DNA of 64,000 bases from Bacteroidaceae bacterium. GTDB taxonomy: Bacteria > Bacteroidota > Bacteroidia > Bacteroidales > Bacteroidaceae. The stretch is from the NCBI GenBank assembly GCA_017547385.1, contig JAFYPU010000003.1:1369-65368 (forward strand), in the 5' to 3' direction. The translations under genes were made by a program, and so were the position numbers. Below, in pieces: positions 28,668-39,600 of the stretch (position 1 is its first letter; each line of letters starts with the position of its first letter). Under the pieces are notes generated by a model. The model was given only the letters and a program-made list of their open reading frames with translations. It did not search any database and was not told the origin of the DNA.

Positions 28668-29431
28668 TTACTTCTCCGCAGCCTTTTCCGGTTTTTCTGT
28701 TGTCTGTTCCGACTCTTGTGCTGCATCAATATCTTCCTTTATGGCTTCACTTTCTTTGTGAGGAAGGCCGGGAGCAGCGGTGATAAACATAATGACACAG
28801 AGCACCGTGAAGAGAAGAAGTGTGCCCGTCAGCAGTGCGTAACTATACATTAGCAACATGATATAGGTATACGTATAAATCAAAGTCAGCAGCGCACCGA
28901 GCAAGTAGGCAATCCGATTTCTCAAAATGGCACGTGAATAACATGTAAGGGTAATTACATTCATGGCTGCAGCCAAGAGATATGCCAGCCAGAAAATCAT
29001 TAGATGGTGGAATGCAAGCAACAAAGCATAGAACATAACAATCGAAGCGCAGATGACGCAGTATTGTAAGTTCGAAAAGTTTTTCTTCGTAAGGAATTCC
29101 ACCAAAAGGAAAGCGGCAAACACAACCAAAATGATGACGAGAGAATAGCTGACGGCACGATGGTATTGTCGATATGGGTCCACCGGATTGACAAACGAAG
29201 CTCCCATTGTGTAATCTGAATAGTTCTTGTTCATGGCTATTACCTTCCACGATGCTTCAAAACCATCCGGATTTTCCACAAGCTGATTGGGGAGGAAGCT
29301 TCCTTCGAAACTGGGATGTTGGTGAGAGGAAGTGAGTGTTAATGAGGTCTCTTCGGCAAAGGGTTGAAACATCAGGTCTTCAGTCCCCTTCAGGTTCAGA
29401 TGATATGAAAAATGCTATCTCCCACTTTCAC
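28668..29431 (-). pseudogene. creD: 5'-truncated and frameshifted CreD-like inner-membrane protein gene
   Basis: HPSFEGSFLP...GFEASW...PVDPYRQYHRAVSYS plus 5-6 TM helices match the CreD C-terminal half. The frame continues upstream of ATG 29372 (FSYHLNLKGTEDL) to an in-frame TAG near 29415; no N-terminal half is present. Confidence 0.75.
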
Positions 29432-29457
29432 GGCAGTGTCCAAATTTGGACACTGCC
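29432..29457. repeat. Perfect 26-bp palindrome
   Basis: GGCAGTGTCCAAA|TTTGGACACTGCC. Confidence 0.95.
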
Positions 29458-29606
29458 TATCTGTTTTTCTTTTACTCCCCAACACCTATCTCGCTTTCAC
29501 CTCATTTGTTTCTTTTTAGTCATTCGGAGTGCTTATGTTCGGGGGGGGCTTTCGCACATGTGCAGATGGCTTTCAGGGAGCGGAAAAAGGGTGTTTCATT
29601 GAATTA

Positions 29607-29684
29607 TCATGCGCATGAGAAGAAATTATCATCCGCATGATAAGAACGTTTCATGCGCATGAGAAGAACGTGTCATGCGCATGA
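29607..29684. repeat. Family B 22-bp-phased TCATGCGCATGA array, 4 units
   Basis: Cores at 29607, 29629, 29651 and 29673, bracketed by AATTA...TAATT. Confidence 0.92.
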
Positions 29685-29901
29685 TAATTCACCGAGAGTG
29701 CTTATCGATGGATGTCGGAGTGCTTTCCGACAGGCATTCCGGGCACTAAAGACTGCCGGCGGCTGCGGTGGGGGAACTGAAAGTATGGATGCTTGTTGTG
29801 GCTTTTCAAGGTGATGTTTTGATGAAAACCCAACGGATGTTTCCATCAGCACTGCCCATGTCTGTTTACTTTCTGATGAAGCTGCCTTTGTGGGTCTGAA
29901 G

Positions 29902-29945
29902 AAAAAAACGAGGAAGTCGGTCGGGCAGCGACCGGCTTCCTCGTT
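29902..29945 (-). terminator. Terminator of the M6 protease/adhesin operon
   Basis: AAAAAAACGAGGAAGTCGGTCG-ggcag-CGACCGGCTTCCTCGTT. Confidence 0.85.
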
Positions 29946-29973
29946 GGGAGAGATAGTAAATGTTTCTTTCGGC

Positions 29974-32900
29974 TTATCGGCTGATCAGCACCTTGCACGT
30001 GGCTGTGCCGGCACGCAGAATGTATGCACCTTCGGGCAGGTGGCTTGTGTCAATGGTGTGGCGTTTGCCGCCGGCAGCCTGTGTGGCATAGACCATGCGT
30101 CCTGCTGCGCTGTGCAGTGTGATGGCGGTAGGCTTCGTGATGCCGTTGATGTGCAGTTTGTTACCGTCTTGTGCAAAGGTGATACCTTCAGCCAAGGTGC
30201 CGGTGATGTCGGTGAGCGAAAGCATGCGCACGGTGTTGCTCTTCACTTCGCCGGTGAGGGCATAGATAGCAGCCACGTGATATTCGATGTAACGGCCGGT
30301 GTGAGTGGCTTCGTCGTGATATTCGGTGGTCTGCAAGGGATTTGCGTTGAGGAGCGTGTTGTTGCAATAAACGTTGTAGCCCTTGAAAGCATCGATACCC
30401 GTTGAGGCTGCTGAAGCAGTGGAGGCGGTGTTCTTGTCGGCATAAGCACTGAGCATGAGCGTGATGTTCCAGTTGCCGTCGATGTCGTTATCGGTGAGTG
30501 TTTCCCACGTAAAGCCGTCGCGCGAATAGAGGTCGCCGCGACCTGTGCGAGCCGGTCCTTCGTCATATCCCAAGGGCACACTGATCTCGTTGTGTTCGAC
30601 GTATGCCACAACGCGCAACGTTTTCTCGGCATTGATGGCCAAAGGTTCTTTCAGTGTGATGGTGTTGTAGCTATACTGCTTGAGGCTGGGCACATATTGC
30701 ATGTGTTTGAGTGTGTTGCCCTCGTAGACAAGCAGGTAGAGCGCATCGGGAATTTGGTTGATGTAGAGCGATACGTCAGAGAGTGAGAGGGCTGCATAAG
30801 GCTTCAGTTCGTCTGCAGACCACTGCACTCCGGCATAGAAAGCACCACCGCTGGGCATACCGGCAGCATCGTGCGGCGTTCCGCTGTGCCATTGCAGTTG
30901 CGTGGCTTCACCCAGTGCGGGTTCGCTCCATCGCAGCATGTTGCCGGTGGCAGTACGCTCCACGCTGAGCTGTCCGGGCTTCTGCGCACCGTTGGTATAG
31001 TCAACGACGACGCTGACGGGTTGGCTCAATTCACTAATGCACGAGCTGAGATAGTAGGCACGCACTTGATAATTGTAAGTGCCGGGGCGCAAGTTGGTGT
31101 CGGTGTAGCTCACTGTGCTGACAGGTTGATCGTTCAGCTTAGTGCCATCGCGATAGATGTCGTAAGCGTATGCATGTCCGGTGTTGGCTGCATCGGCGCA
31201 GATGGCATCGAGATAAGCGGCCGCTGTTTCGCGACTGTGTTCGATTACCACATAGCGAGTGCCAACGGGCAGGGTACAGGTGAATTTCTCCCAGTTTTCG
31301 CTACAGCTGACTTGCTTCAAGGGGATGAGGTCGCTCTGTTCGTAGCTATCGGTTCCTGTGAGGACGCGCAGTTGTGCCTTGCCCTTGCTATCGTCTGCAC
31401 ATCGTGCCACAAATGAGAACTTCGTGGGCGAAGCCTCAGAGCTTTCGACCAGTGTTTCGTCGAGTGTCAGCACGAGCGAAGCCTCGCTTTCGTGGTTGGC
31501 TTTGAGCGAGAGTTCTCCGTCGAAGGCTTCGTCATCGGTGGTCGTCCAATCATAGCTTCTCGAAATGTGTTCGGAAGTGGGGGCTTGGCCAAGGGTGCTG
31601 TTTTCGAAGCTTTCGAAGTGTGTGGCCAGGGTGTAAGTGGGGTCGGAATAGGACACTTGCACGTTGTAGGGTGCAAACACGCCGGGGCGTGCTTTGACCG
31701 AAGCGGGGGTGTCGCAGCTACCGGCATCGAGAATGTCGATGGTGGCACTCATGGAGCGTTCGGAAATAGTTCCGTCTATGAGTTGTGTTTCCACTTCGTA
31801 AGTGTAGGTGCCGGGTGTGGATATTTGCTCGGTAAAGTAGCGGTGCTTCAAGGGAGTGGTGTTTACCTTTTCGCCATTGCGGTATACGTTGTATCCTTCA
31901 AGACCGAGAACGCTTCCCAAGTCGAGGAAGATGAAACGCGTGCCGGCACCTTCTTGCAGGGCAAGTGCCAGGAGGTTGATACCGCCCGGAAGGTTGAACA
32001 CCGAAAGACCGGCAGAAGCAGCTTCGGCGGAGGGGTTGATTTCAACGTAATCGCCCAGGCTGATGGTGCGCAGGTGTTTACCACTTGCAACATCATAGCA
32101 AGAGAGGCTGTAGGCATCTTCGTGTCTTTGCTCGAAGGCATAGAGAATTCCGTCGTAGATGGCTGTGCCCGAAGCTCCCTTCAAAGCAGGTCCATCACCG
32201 ATTTTGGCTCCGGCTTTGTCGGTGTAGATACTTGTGGTCCAGTCGCCCATCACGAAGCCTCCCTTGCCGTGATTCAGCTCAGGGCTATAGTTGATGTGGC
32301 GCACATATTCGGAAATGGTGATGGTGTCGAGCACTTGCTGATTTTCCATGTCGAGACGGTAAATCCAGTTTTGGGTGTCGGCGGCATAGAAGTGTGTGCC
32401 ATCGAATGCCAAGTTGCGGATGGCATTGTTTGTACAACCCTTTATGATGAAACTCTTCACGAATGTTCCGTCGAGGGTGTATTGGTTGATGGCACCGGGC
32501 GACTTGTAGAGCGAAGTGTAGAGGTGCTGACCGTCGGTAACCACGGCGAGTTCGCCGGCAATGGTACCACGGAAGGCATTGACGTATTCGGGATGTCCCT
32601 CGCTGGTTGTGCGCTGGCTTTGTGTAAGGTCGATGGGGAAGGTGGTTGCTTTCGGGAAGTTCCATTGCAAAGCAACGTTGTTGCCCAATTGCACTTCAGC
32701 ACGCACCAGCGAAGGTGCTTCGGCTGCGTCGAGTTGAAGGATTTGGGCATTCAGAACTTCTGACAAGGCCGATTCACCGCCGTTGGCATAAACCGAGCTT
32801 ACTTGATAAGCGTATGTGCCGGCTGCTCCGGGCATATCTTGATAAGACAATTCGCTGATAGGTTCGGGCGTAATCTTTTCAGCGTTGCGCCATACGTTGT

Positions 32901-35900
32901 AACCAACAGGGAGTTGCTCCTCCGTGTTCGAGGGATTGACGTGAAGCGTAATGTTGAAGTTGCCATTGTTGAAACCGAGGAATGAGGCCGGTGCCCATTC
33001 GCGTCCGTCGGTTGACATCACGTTGGCCTTGCCAAGCGTTTGCTGGCTGGCGTCTATACCCATGGGCAGAATGCCGGCGTCGTGGGCCACGAAGAAGGAT
33101 ACGCGGTATTCGCTACCGGCTTCCAGGCTGATGGGTTCGTTCAGCTTGATGGTGTTGAATGCGCCGTAGGTGAGTGCCTGGGTGATGTTCTGATTGATGA
33201 TGCGCTTTCCATCCTTATAGATTTGCAAACGGAGCTGTAAGCATTTCGCGTTGAGGAATACGCTCACCGAGTCGAGCATCATGCCACGATAGTCGATGAG
33301 TTCGTTGTAGCCCCATTCGCATCCTGCCCAGAAGTAACCTCCTTCGCTCAGACCAATGCCTTGAGCGTTGAATCCGTTGTGGTATGCCAAGGTGGTTGGC
33401 TGGTGCAACAAGTGGCCAGGTGCTTGCCATGTGAGTTGCACCTCTTGGTTGCGCACCACATCGAGTGTCAGGTTGTCGGGGGCATAATGAGGTGCACCGA
33501 CGGGCACGACAACAAAGGCCGTGTCCGAAAGCACTGATTCGGTTTCGCCATAGATGGCTGAGACGGTGTAAGTGTATTCTCCATGCAACACGTGCATGTC
33601 GGCATATTGTGTCGGCTGGATGGGAGCCGCATTGAGCTTCGTTCCGTTGCGATAGATGTTATAACCGCTCGGTGTGATGTTCTCGTTGGCTTGTTTCCAC
33701 GTTAGCATCACTTCGTCGTTGCCCTGCAGTTTTGCAGAAACCTCAATGGGGCGCGGTGTGGACGATGCTTGACTCACGGTGTAGCTCACGGGAATGTTGA
33801 TGTCGCCCTTTTCGGGATTGCTATGCAGGGTGTAGGCGGTGTTGTAAGTTTCACCCACCTTTCCTTCGCGTGCATTAAGGGTGAAGGTGATTTCCTGGCT
33901 TTCGCCCGGTGCAAGTGTTCCGCTCTTGGGTGAGATTTGGCTCCAAGTGTCAGCATCGCAAAGCTTATAGGCAAAGATGCGTGAAGGCGATTGTTGCAGG
34001 ATGCCCAAGAGTGAGAGGCTTCCATCTTCCAGAAGGGTGGTTGTTTCGATACCGCAAATGTAGTTCGGACCTGACGAGAGACTTCCCACCTTGTATCCGG
34101 GAAGATCGTGTGCATAGTGCACCTCTTCGGTGATTGTTCCGGTGCTGAGGTTGTATTGCAAAATCTGCACCTTGTCGATTTGGTTGCTACCATCGATGGC
34201 TTCGTTGGCCAGCCAGAGGTAAGGACCACCCGGCGTTACGTCGTCATAGGCCGATCCGTATGCTGCCATGTCTCTGCTGGTGTCGATGTAGCGGAAGTCG
34301 TAAGTAATTTTACCCTCGAGGTTGATGCGGCCGAGTGTGGTGAAGGTGCCCAACCAGAGTTCGCCCAAATTCTTGTCGTAAGCGCAATGCGTGATTTTGA
34401 GTTCGGGGTCTTCGTTCACGACGATTTCTTTCACCAGGCGGCGATTGCGAAGGTCGAGTTGGTAAACCACGTTGGTCAGGTCGCTACCATAGAAGTAGGT
34501 GCCATCGAAGGCCAAGTCGTAGAGCTTGTAGTACATGCCGGGGATGGAGAACTCTTCGATGAAGTTTCCTTCCTTATCGTATTGGAAGAACTTGCCGAGA
34601 TAATACCACGAGGCTGTGTAATAGTATTCGCCATCGAAGGCTACGGCCGATTGCAAGTCGCCGGAGGCATCAAAGTCTCTTTGAATTTTCCAACGGTCTG
34701 CCGTGTTTCCGCTTCCTACCGAGGGTGTTGCTTCGATGGTCCAAATGGCCGGTCCGTCGCCGTTGTTGGTGAGCAGCAACTTTTGTGTGTTGATGCTTTC
34801 GGCTTCGATGTCGGCATGAATGCTCTGTGCGTTGAGTGTGATTTGGGGGAATGTGATGAGGGCTGTGCGCTGGTTGTTGGCATCGTTCACGATTTCCCAT
34901 TCTTCGCAATAGGGGTTGGCTCCCTCGACATTGATGCTAACGGTGTAAGTGCCGGCTTCGATTTCGGGGAATGTTATGCTTCCGTTTTCGTCGGTGGTGG
35001 TTTGGATTTTAGCTCCATGATTTGCCACGAGCGACACGGGGCAATGGCTCAAAGGCTGTCCGCCGCTCACCACTTTGAGTTCGGCCGAAGCGAAAATGGG
35101 ATTCCACACCTTGACGTTATCTACGTGCCAATAGTCAATGTAGAAGGCCTCTTTTCCGTGTGCTCTGAAGCGCAGATTGAAGAGGTTGTTGGTGAGCAGT
35201 CCGTTGAGGCTGTAAGTCTTTTGTTTTGGCGCATACGTTCCTTCGCTGTTGAGGAGATGATCCACCACCACCCAGGTTCTGCCGTTGTCGGAACTAACCT
35301 CCACACTCAGCGTATCGCCATCGTAGGACTTGTAGTTGATGTGGCGCACATCGAAGCGCAGGTAAGTGTTGTTGATTTGTGGCGTGTTCAACTCGCGCGA
35401 CACGAGGGATTGGGAGTAGTTGTCCAGGTTCGAATACATGTAGGTGGCACTCGGGTCTACCAAACCATATGTGTAGTAGTCAACGCGCCATTTGTTTTCG
35501 TTGCCATCTGCGTCGATAGGTGTCGACCACTTTTCGGTGTCGAGCACCCAGGTGTTGAAGTCGTCGAAGAAGGGCAGGAGGCGAATGTCGGGGAATTCGA
35601 TTTCGAGCGTATTGCTGCTCTCCGATTCGTTGCCATCGGTGTAGACAGCCTTCACAGCATAGTTATATGTGCCATATTCGGGTACGATGTCCGTATAGGT
35701 TACTTCGGTGCAGAGTTGTTGGTTAATTTTCTCGCCATTGCGATAGATGTTGAAGCCTTGCACCTTCAGCTTGCTCTGACTGCGCGGTCTGACGATGTTG
35801 GTGCCGATGTAGATGTCGTCAATCATCAGCATGAAAGCTTCGTATGAGACGCAGTTGATGGTTACATATTTTGCTTCCTTGGGGATGCTGTACTTGTAGA

Positions 35901-36600
35901 GCGTCCAAGCGGCGGGCACTTCCTCGTAATTGCCGGCAGAGACCCATGTGAAGTCCGATGGGCGTTTGCCAGTAGTCGAATATCCCACGCGAATGCGTTC
36001 TTTGCCGTATTGCTCGGTGTAACTACGAGCACGGAAACTGATTTGGAAGTCCTCCTCGAAGTTGAGCATGGGCGAGATGATGAAGTCGTTGTTGCCTCCA
36101 TCGACGGTAAAGCCTACAAGCATTTTCTTGCCTGATACGGGCTGATATTCGGGCCATTCTTCCACCGAGGGCGAAGTTTGCGAGGGGTTCATGATGACAA
36201 ATGCCATGCGTTGTCCTTGGTTGGGGAAGGAAGTGGCTGCCCAGGTGTAAGTGTCCTGATTGTCGCCGTCGAGATAATCCCAACCGATGCTGCCCGGTGA
36301 GTTTATCACGAAGTCGGAGTGTCCTTCAAAGTCTTCGAAGTATCCGTTGGTTGCTTCGGGGGTGTTCCATCTCAATGACACCGTTTTGTTGTTCAAGTTC
36401 ACCTGCTCCAGCCCGTAGGGTGCACCATTGCTGGCTCCTTGCAAGTTGAACGGTGTGGCATGGTTGCTGCGTTGTTCCGCGGGAGGCGGAGCCGCATGCT
36501 GGGGCTTCACTTTCATGCTTTCCTGGGCCATGGTCACGTTAAGTGTTAGCACCATGCCCATGCCGAAAGCTGCCCATTTGTTGATGATATATTGTTTCAT
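29974..36600 (-). CDS. Giant T9SS-secreted adhesin-like protein (cleaved-adhesin, fibronectin-III-like, carboxypeptidase-regulatory-like and propeller-like repeats)
   Basis: 2208 aa; signal peptide; EDFE...W..LDGD...FIISP...LMIDDI cleaved-adhesin pattern; six G(Y/F)N(I/V)YRNG-type motifs; C-terminus IDTSHLPEGAYILR. Confidence 0.85.
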   Translation of the reverse strand: MKQYIINKWAAFGMGMVLTLNVTMAQESMKVKPQHAAPPPAEQRSNHATPFNLQGASNGAPYGLEQVNLNNKTVSLRWNTPEATNGYFEDFEGHSDFVINSPGSIGWDYLDGDNQDTYTWAATSFPNQGQRMAFVIMNPSQTSPSVEEWPEYQPVSGKKMLVGFTVDGGNNDFIISPMLNFEEDFQISFRARSYTEQYGKERIRVGYSTTGKRPSDFTWVSAGNYEEVPAAWTLYKYSIPKEAKYVTINCVSYEAFMLMIDDIYIGTNIVRPRSQSKLKVQGFNIYRNGEKINQQLCTEVTYTDIVPEYGTYNYAVKAVYTDGNESESSNTLEIEFPDIRLLPFFDDFNTWVLDTEKWSTPIDADGNENKWRVDYYTYGLVDPSATYMYSNLDNYSQSLVSRELNTPQINNTYLRFDVRHINYKSYDGDTLSVEVSSDNGRTWVVVDHLLNSEGTYAPKQKTYSLNGLLTNNLFNLRFRAHGKEAFYIDYWHVDNVKVWNPIFASAELKVVSGGQPLSHCPVSLVANHGAKIQTTTDENGSITFPEIEAGTYTVSINVEGANPYCEEWEIVNDANNQRTALITFPQITLNAQSIHADIEAESINTQKLLLTNNGDGPAIWTIEATPSVGSGNTADRWKIQRDFDASGDLQSAVAFDGEYYYTASWYYLGKFFQYDKEGNFIEEFSIPGMYYKLYDLAFDGTYFYGSDLTNVVYQLDLRNRRLVKEIVVNEDPELKITHCAYDKNLGELWLGTFTTLGRINLEGKITYDFRYIDTSRDMAAYGSAYDDVTPGGPYLWLANEAIDGSNQIDKVQILQYNLSTGTITEEVHYAHDLPGYKVGSLSSGPNYICGIETTTLLEDGSLSLLGILQQSPSRIFAYKLCDADTWSQISPKSGTLAPGESQEITFTLNAREGKVGETYNTAYTLHSNPEKGDINIPVSYTVSQASSTPRPIEVSAKLQGNDEVMLTWKQANENITPSGYNIYRNGTKLNAAPIQPTQYADMHVLHGEYTYTVSAIYGETESVLSDTAFVVVPVGAPHYAPDNLTLDVVRNQEVQLTWQAPGHLLHQPTTLAYHNGFNAQGIGLSEGGYFWAGCEWGYNELIDYRGMMLDSVSVFLNAKCLQLRLQIYKDGKRIINQNITQALTYGAFNTIKLNEPISLEAGSEYRVSFFVAHDAGILPMGIDASQQTLGKANVMSTDGREWAPASFLGFNNGNFNITLHVNPSNTEEQLPVGYNVWRNAEKITPEPISELSYQDMPGAAGTYAYQVSSVYANGGESALSEVLNAQILQLDAAEAPSLVRAEVQLGNNVALQWNFPKATTFPIDLTQSQRTTSEGHPEYVNAFRGTIAGELAVVTDGQHLYTSLYKSPGAINQYTLDGTFVKSFIIKGCTNNAIRNLAFDGTHFYAADTQNWIYRLDMENQQVLDTITISEYVRHINYSPELNHGKGGFVMGDWTTSIYTDKAGAKIGDGPALKGASGTAIYDGILYAFEQRHEDAYSLSCYDVASGKHLRTISLGDYVEINPSAEAASAGLSVFNLPGGINLLALALQEGAGTRFIFLDLGSVLGLEGYNVYRNGEKVNTTPLKHRYFTEQISTPGTYTYEVETQLIDGTISERSMSATIDILDAGSCDTPASVKARPGVFAPYNVQVSYSDPTYTLATHFESFENSTLGQAPTSEHISRSYDWTTTDDEAFDGELSLKANHESEASLVLTLDETLVESSEASPTKFSFVARCADDSKGKAQLRVLTGTDSYEQSDLIPLKQVSCSENWEKFTCTLPVGTRYVVIEHSRETAAAYLDAICADAANTGHAYAYDIYRDGTKLNDQPVSTVSYTDTNLRPGTYNYQVRAYYLSSCISELSQPVSVVVDYTNGAQKPGQLSVERTATGNMLRWSEPALGEATQLQWHSGTPHDAAGMPSGGAFYAGVQWSADELKPYAALSLSDVSLYINQIPDALYLLVYEGNTLKHMQYVPSLKQYSYNTITLKEPLAINAEKTLRVVAYVEHNEISVPLGYDEGPARTGRGDLYSRDGFTWETLTDNDIDGNWNITLMLSAYADKNTASTASAASTGIDAFKGYNVYCNNTLLNANPLQTTEYHDEATHTGRYIEYHVAAIYALTGEVKSNTVRMLSLTDITGTLAEGITFAQDGNKLHINGITKPTAITLHSAAGRMVYATQAAGGKRHTIDTSHLPEGAYILRAGTATCKVLISR

Positions 36601-36642
36601 AATGGTCTGTATTGATAAATTGTGTGCTGAAAGGGGGGAGGG

Positions 36643-39600
36643 TTATTTCACGACACACTTAAATGTTTCGTCCTTTTCTTCGCTTCTGACGTTAACAATC
36701 ACCACACCATTGTATCCCGGTGTGCGGAAGGTGCAAGCGTTGCCTTCTGTAATTGTGCGATAGAGGAGCGTTCCGGTGGGCGAATGGCAGGTGATGTGTG
36801 TTGTGCCTTTCAAGCCATGCAAGGTGATGTTCCCCTCGTTGGTGGTTATGCCGAGTGTGCCGTTCTGCATGACGTTTTTCAGGCTTGTAGCTGTTGTTGC
36901 AAGGACGGCAGGGGCTGATGCGTCATAGAAGAGGTAGCCATCGCCGGCATAAACGCGTGCCACGTAGGTTTTTCCTTGTTCGAATTCAGCCTGCGATGTG
37001 GGCTGAATGTTGATGCTTGTTCCGTTCACCGTTCCGGCGGCCAAGAGGTTTTCCACGAGTCCGTCGTTGTAGGAAAGAGTGAAATAGCGCACGCGGATGT
37101 TGCGTCCGCCGTGTTGGCAGGTCAGTCGCAAACGCTTGTAGCATTTGTCGTTGAGATAGGCGGTGAGATAGTGCTCTGTGCCTTCGGAGTTGTATTCTGA
37201 CACCTTCGTGATAGGGCCTACGGTTTCCCAGTTCACACCATCCTCTGTACCTTCGATGGTGAGCACGCTTGTGCCTAACGGTCCCGAGCTTGTGAGGATG
37301 AACATACAGTTGGTGATGCCATCGGGATAGCTGCGTGTCTCCACGTAGCCGTTGCCCCAGAAATCCACAATGCCCGTGCTTGCTTTGGCGTCGCCGTCCA
37401 CCACCACGAAGTCGCTTTCGGGAATGAATACGGTGTTGTTGAATACTTCGTCGGTGCGTTCGGAGAATTCGAGATAGTATTTCAATGCATTCTTCACGGG
37501 TGTCCATTCCAAATGCAGGTTGTCGCCTTGTTTCTCAAAGGTGGTGATGGTGGGTGTGGGCAGTTTCTCGGTGAGGAACACTTGCCACAACCAAAGATTG
37601 GTTTGCAACTTTTCGGAGGAGCAAACGAAGGCCACATAGATTTCCTGTCCGGCATAATCCTTGAGGTCCACTTCTTCGGCCACTTGTTGTCCGAAGTTGT
37701 CGGCAAAGGAGAATCGCTTCACAAGGTGGAAGTCCTGGATGTCGCGTGATTTTGTTGAGACATACACGTCGAGGTTTTCCACGGTTGTTTCGTCCACTAC
37801 GCCGCGCACGAAATAGAGCGCACCGTTTTCGGGCACCTTCATTCGGCAAGAAATGAGCCAGTCGTCGGCGTTGTTCCAATAGTCGAACTGGTAGAGCATG
37901 GCGCCGGCATTGTCGTCGAACACCCATGTTGTTCCGTCGCAATTATTGTCGATGATTTTCCAACAATCAGGCTGGCCATTTGTCCACGAAGTGAAGTCGC
38001 CGATATAGGGTGCTTCGGCCATTGCGCATTCGGTGTTCACGGGAAGGGCTGCGCCATAGACGATGCTGCCGTCTTCCATCTTCATGTAAGAGCGCACGTT
38101 GTAGAGGCTTCCGGGGCGCAAGTTGTTGAGCGCATATCTCAACGTGTCGGCCATTGCCACGGTTGCATGTTCGCTCTCGATTGTGGGCTCGGTGTTGAGT
38201 GCCCAGCAGAAGCCGGCTTCGGCCACGCCCTGCGTGGTGCTCTCGACGATAGCTGCCAACTCCATGGATGTGTCGCGCAAGTTTGTGGGGAGCAATGTGC
38301 GCACCACCGAGAGACGTTCCACGCCGCCACATGCTTGGAAGAGGATGAGTCCGCCCTCTTCGCGAATGTTGGTGATGGGCGTATTGGTGGGATAGCCGGC
38401 CCAGTTCAGTGCACCCGGTGTTGTGTTGTCGGTAAAGGCCGTGTTGCCCGTACGTCCGGGATAAGTGTCTGCCCAGCGCGAGTTGGTGTCGTCAATGTTG
38501 TCGGCCGGAACGATGTACATGCAGCGATGGCGTGCATTGTTGTTGGGGCCGTTGACGCTCCAGTATTTCTCCACCATTTCGTCCGTATAGTCATAGTGAT
38601 AAATCAGCAATCCGTGTGCCGGGATATATTTGTCCCAACCCGTTTGTTGACGGTTTTCCAAGACAAACCATTCGTGTCCCGTTCCCGGTGCGCGGTGCGG
38701 TTGTGCGTTGATATATCGTGCTTCGTTTTCAGCGATGTTCTTCAACACCACGTCCTCTGCACCGTTGAGTGGAGTGGGGTTGAGCCAACCCATCTGCATG
38801 CGCTCGAAGGCCATGAGATAAGGCGGTGTGCGGCTATCGTTGTTGTAGCTTCCCGAGGCATATAAGCTATAAGCACCGGGGTCCAAGCCGTAGCCGTCGA
38901 TGTATTCGTCGGTATCATACGTGTCTTTCAGTCCGAGCACGTGTCCGAATTCGTGTGTGAAAGTTCCGATGCCGTCCATCTGCTTCCCGCTGGCCCCCAC
39001 CAACTCGGCAGAGCAGGCATAGTTGTTCAGTGTGATGCCGTCGAGCTTGAAGGAAGCATTTCCCAAATACCAGCTGTGCGGCCACATGTCGTTTTCGTTG
39101 CCAGTGCTGGCTTCGCTATATCCGGCGTAGATGATGTAGATGTTGTCCATGAATCCATCGCCATCGTTGTCGAACTGTGCGAAGTTGAGGTCGGGGTTGT
39201 CGGCCTTCGCCATCAAGCAGGCTTCCATCACCATCGAACGTGGGTCGATGTCCTCGCCCGTTTCCTCATCGTTGGCTGCATAATAATCCTGATTGTGCAT
39301 CAGCGTGTAGGGGCCCACCACCTTGAAGTTGGGCACGAACTGCCCCATCGAGTTGTCGCGATAATAGTCCTTCACGCTTCCCGTGCCACCATTGTCGGCA
39401 AATCCCTCTTGGTTGAGCCAACGGTCAAAGTTGTCGTTTTTGAAGGTGAACGCCTTGTCTTTGAAGTTCACCAGAATCACGAGATATTGGCTTTCCTCCG
39501 CCGTTGCCCCTCTCTCGAGTTTGGGCGACACCACCGAGCGACTCAATATCTGTGCCGGTTGGCGTTTTGGTTTCACCGTGTGAAACTTCGTGAGGTCTGA

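Noticed and set aside
29541-29548. G8 tract as a phase-variation switch
   Set aside because: It is intergenic and not within a recognisable promoter or an intact gene.
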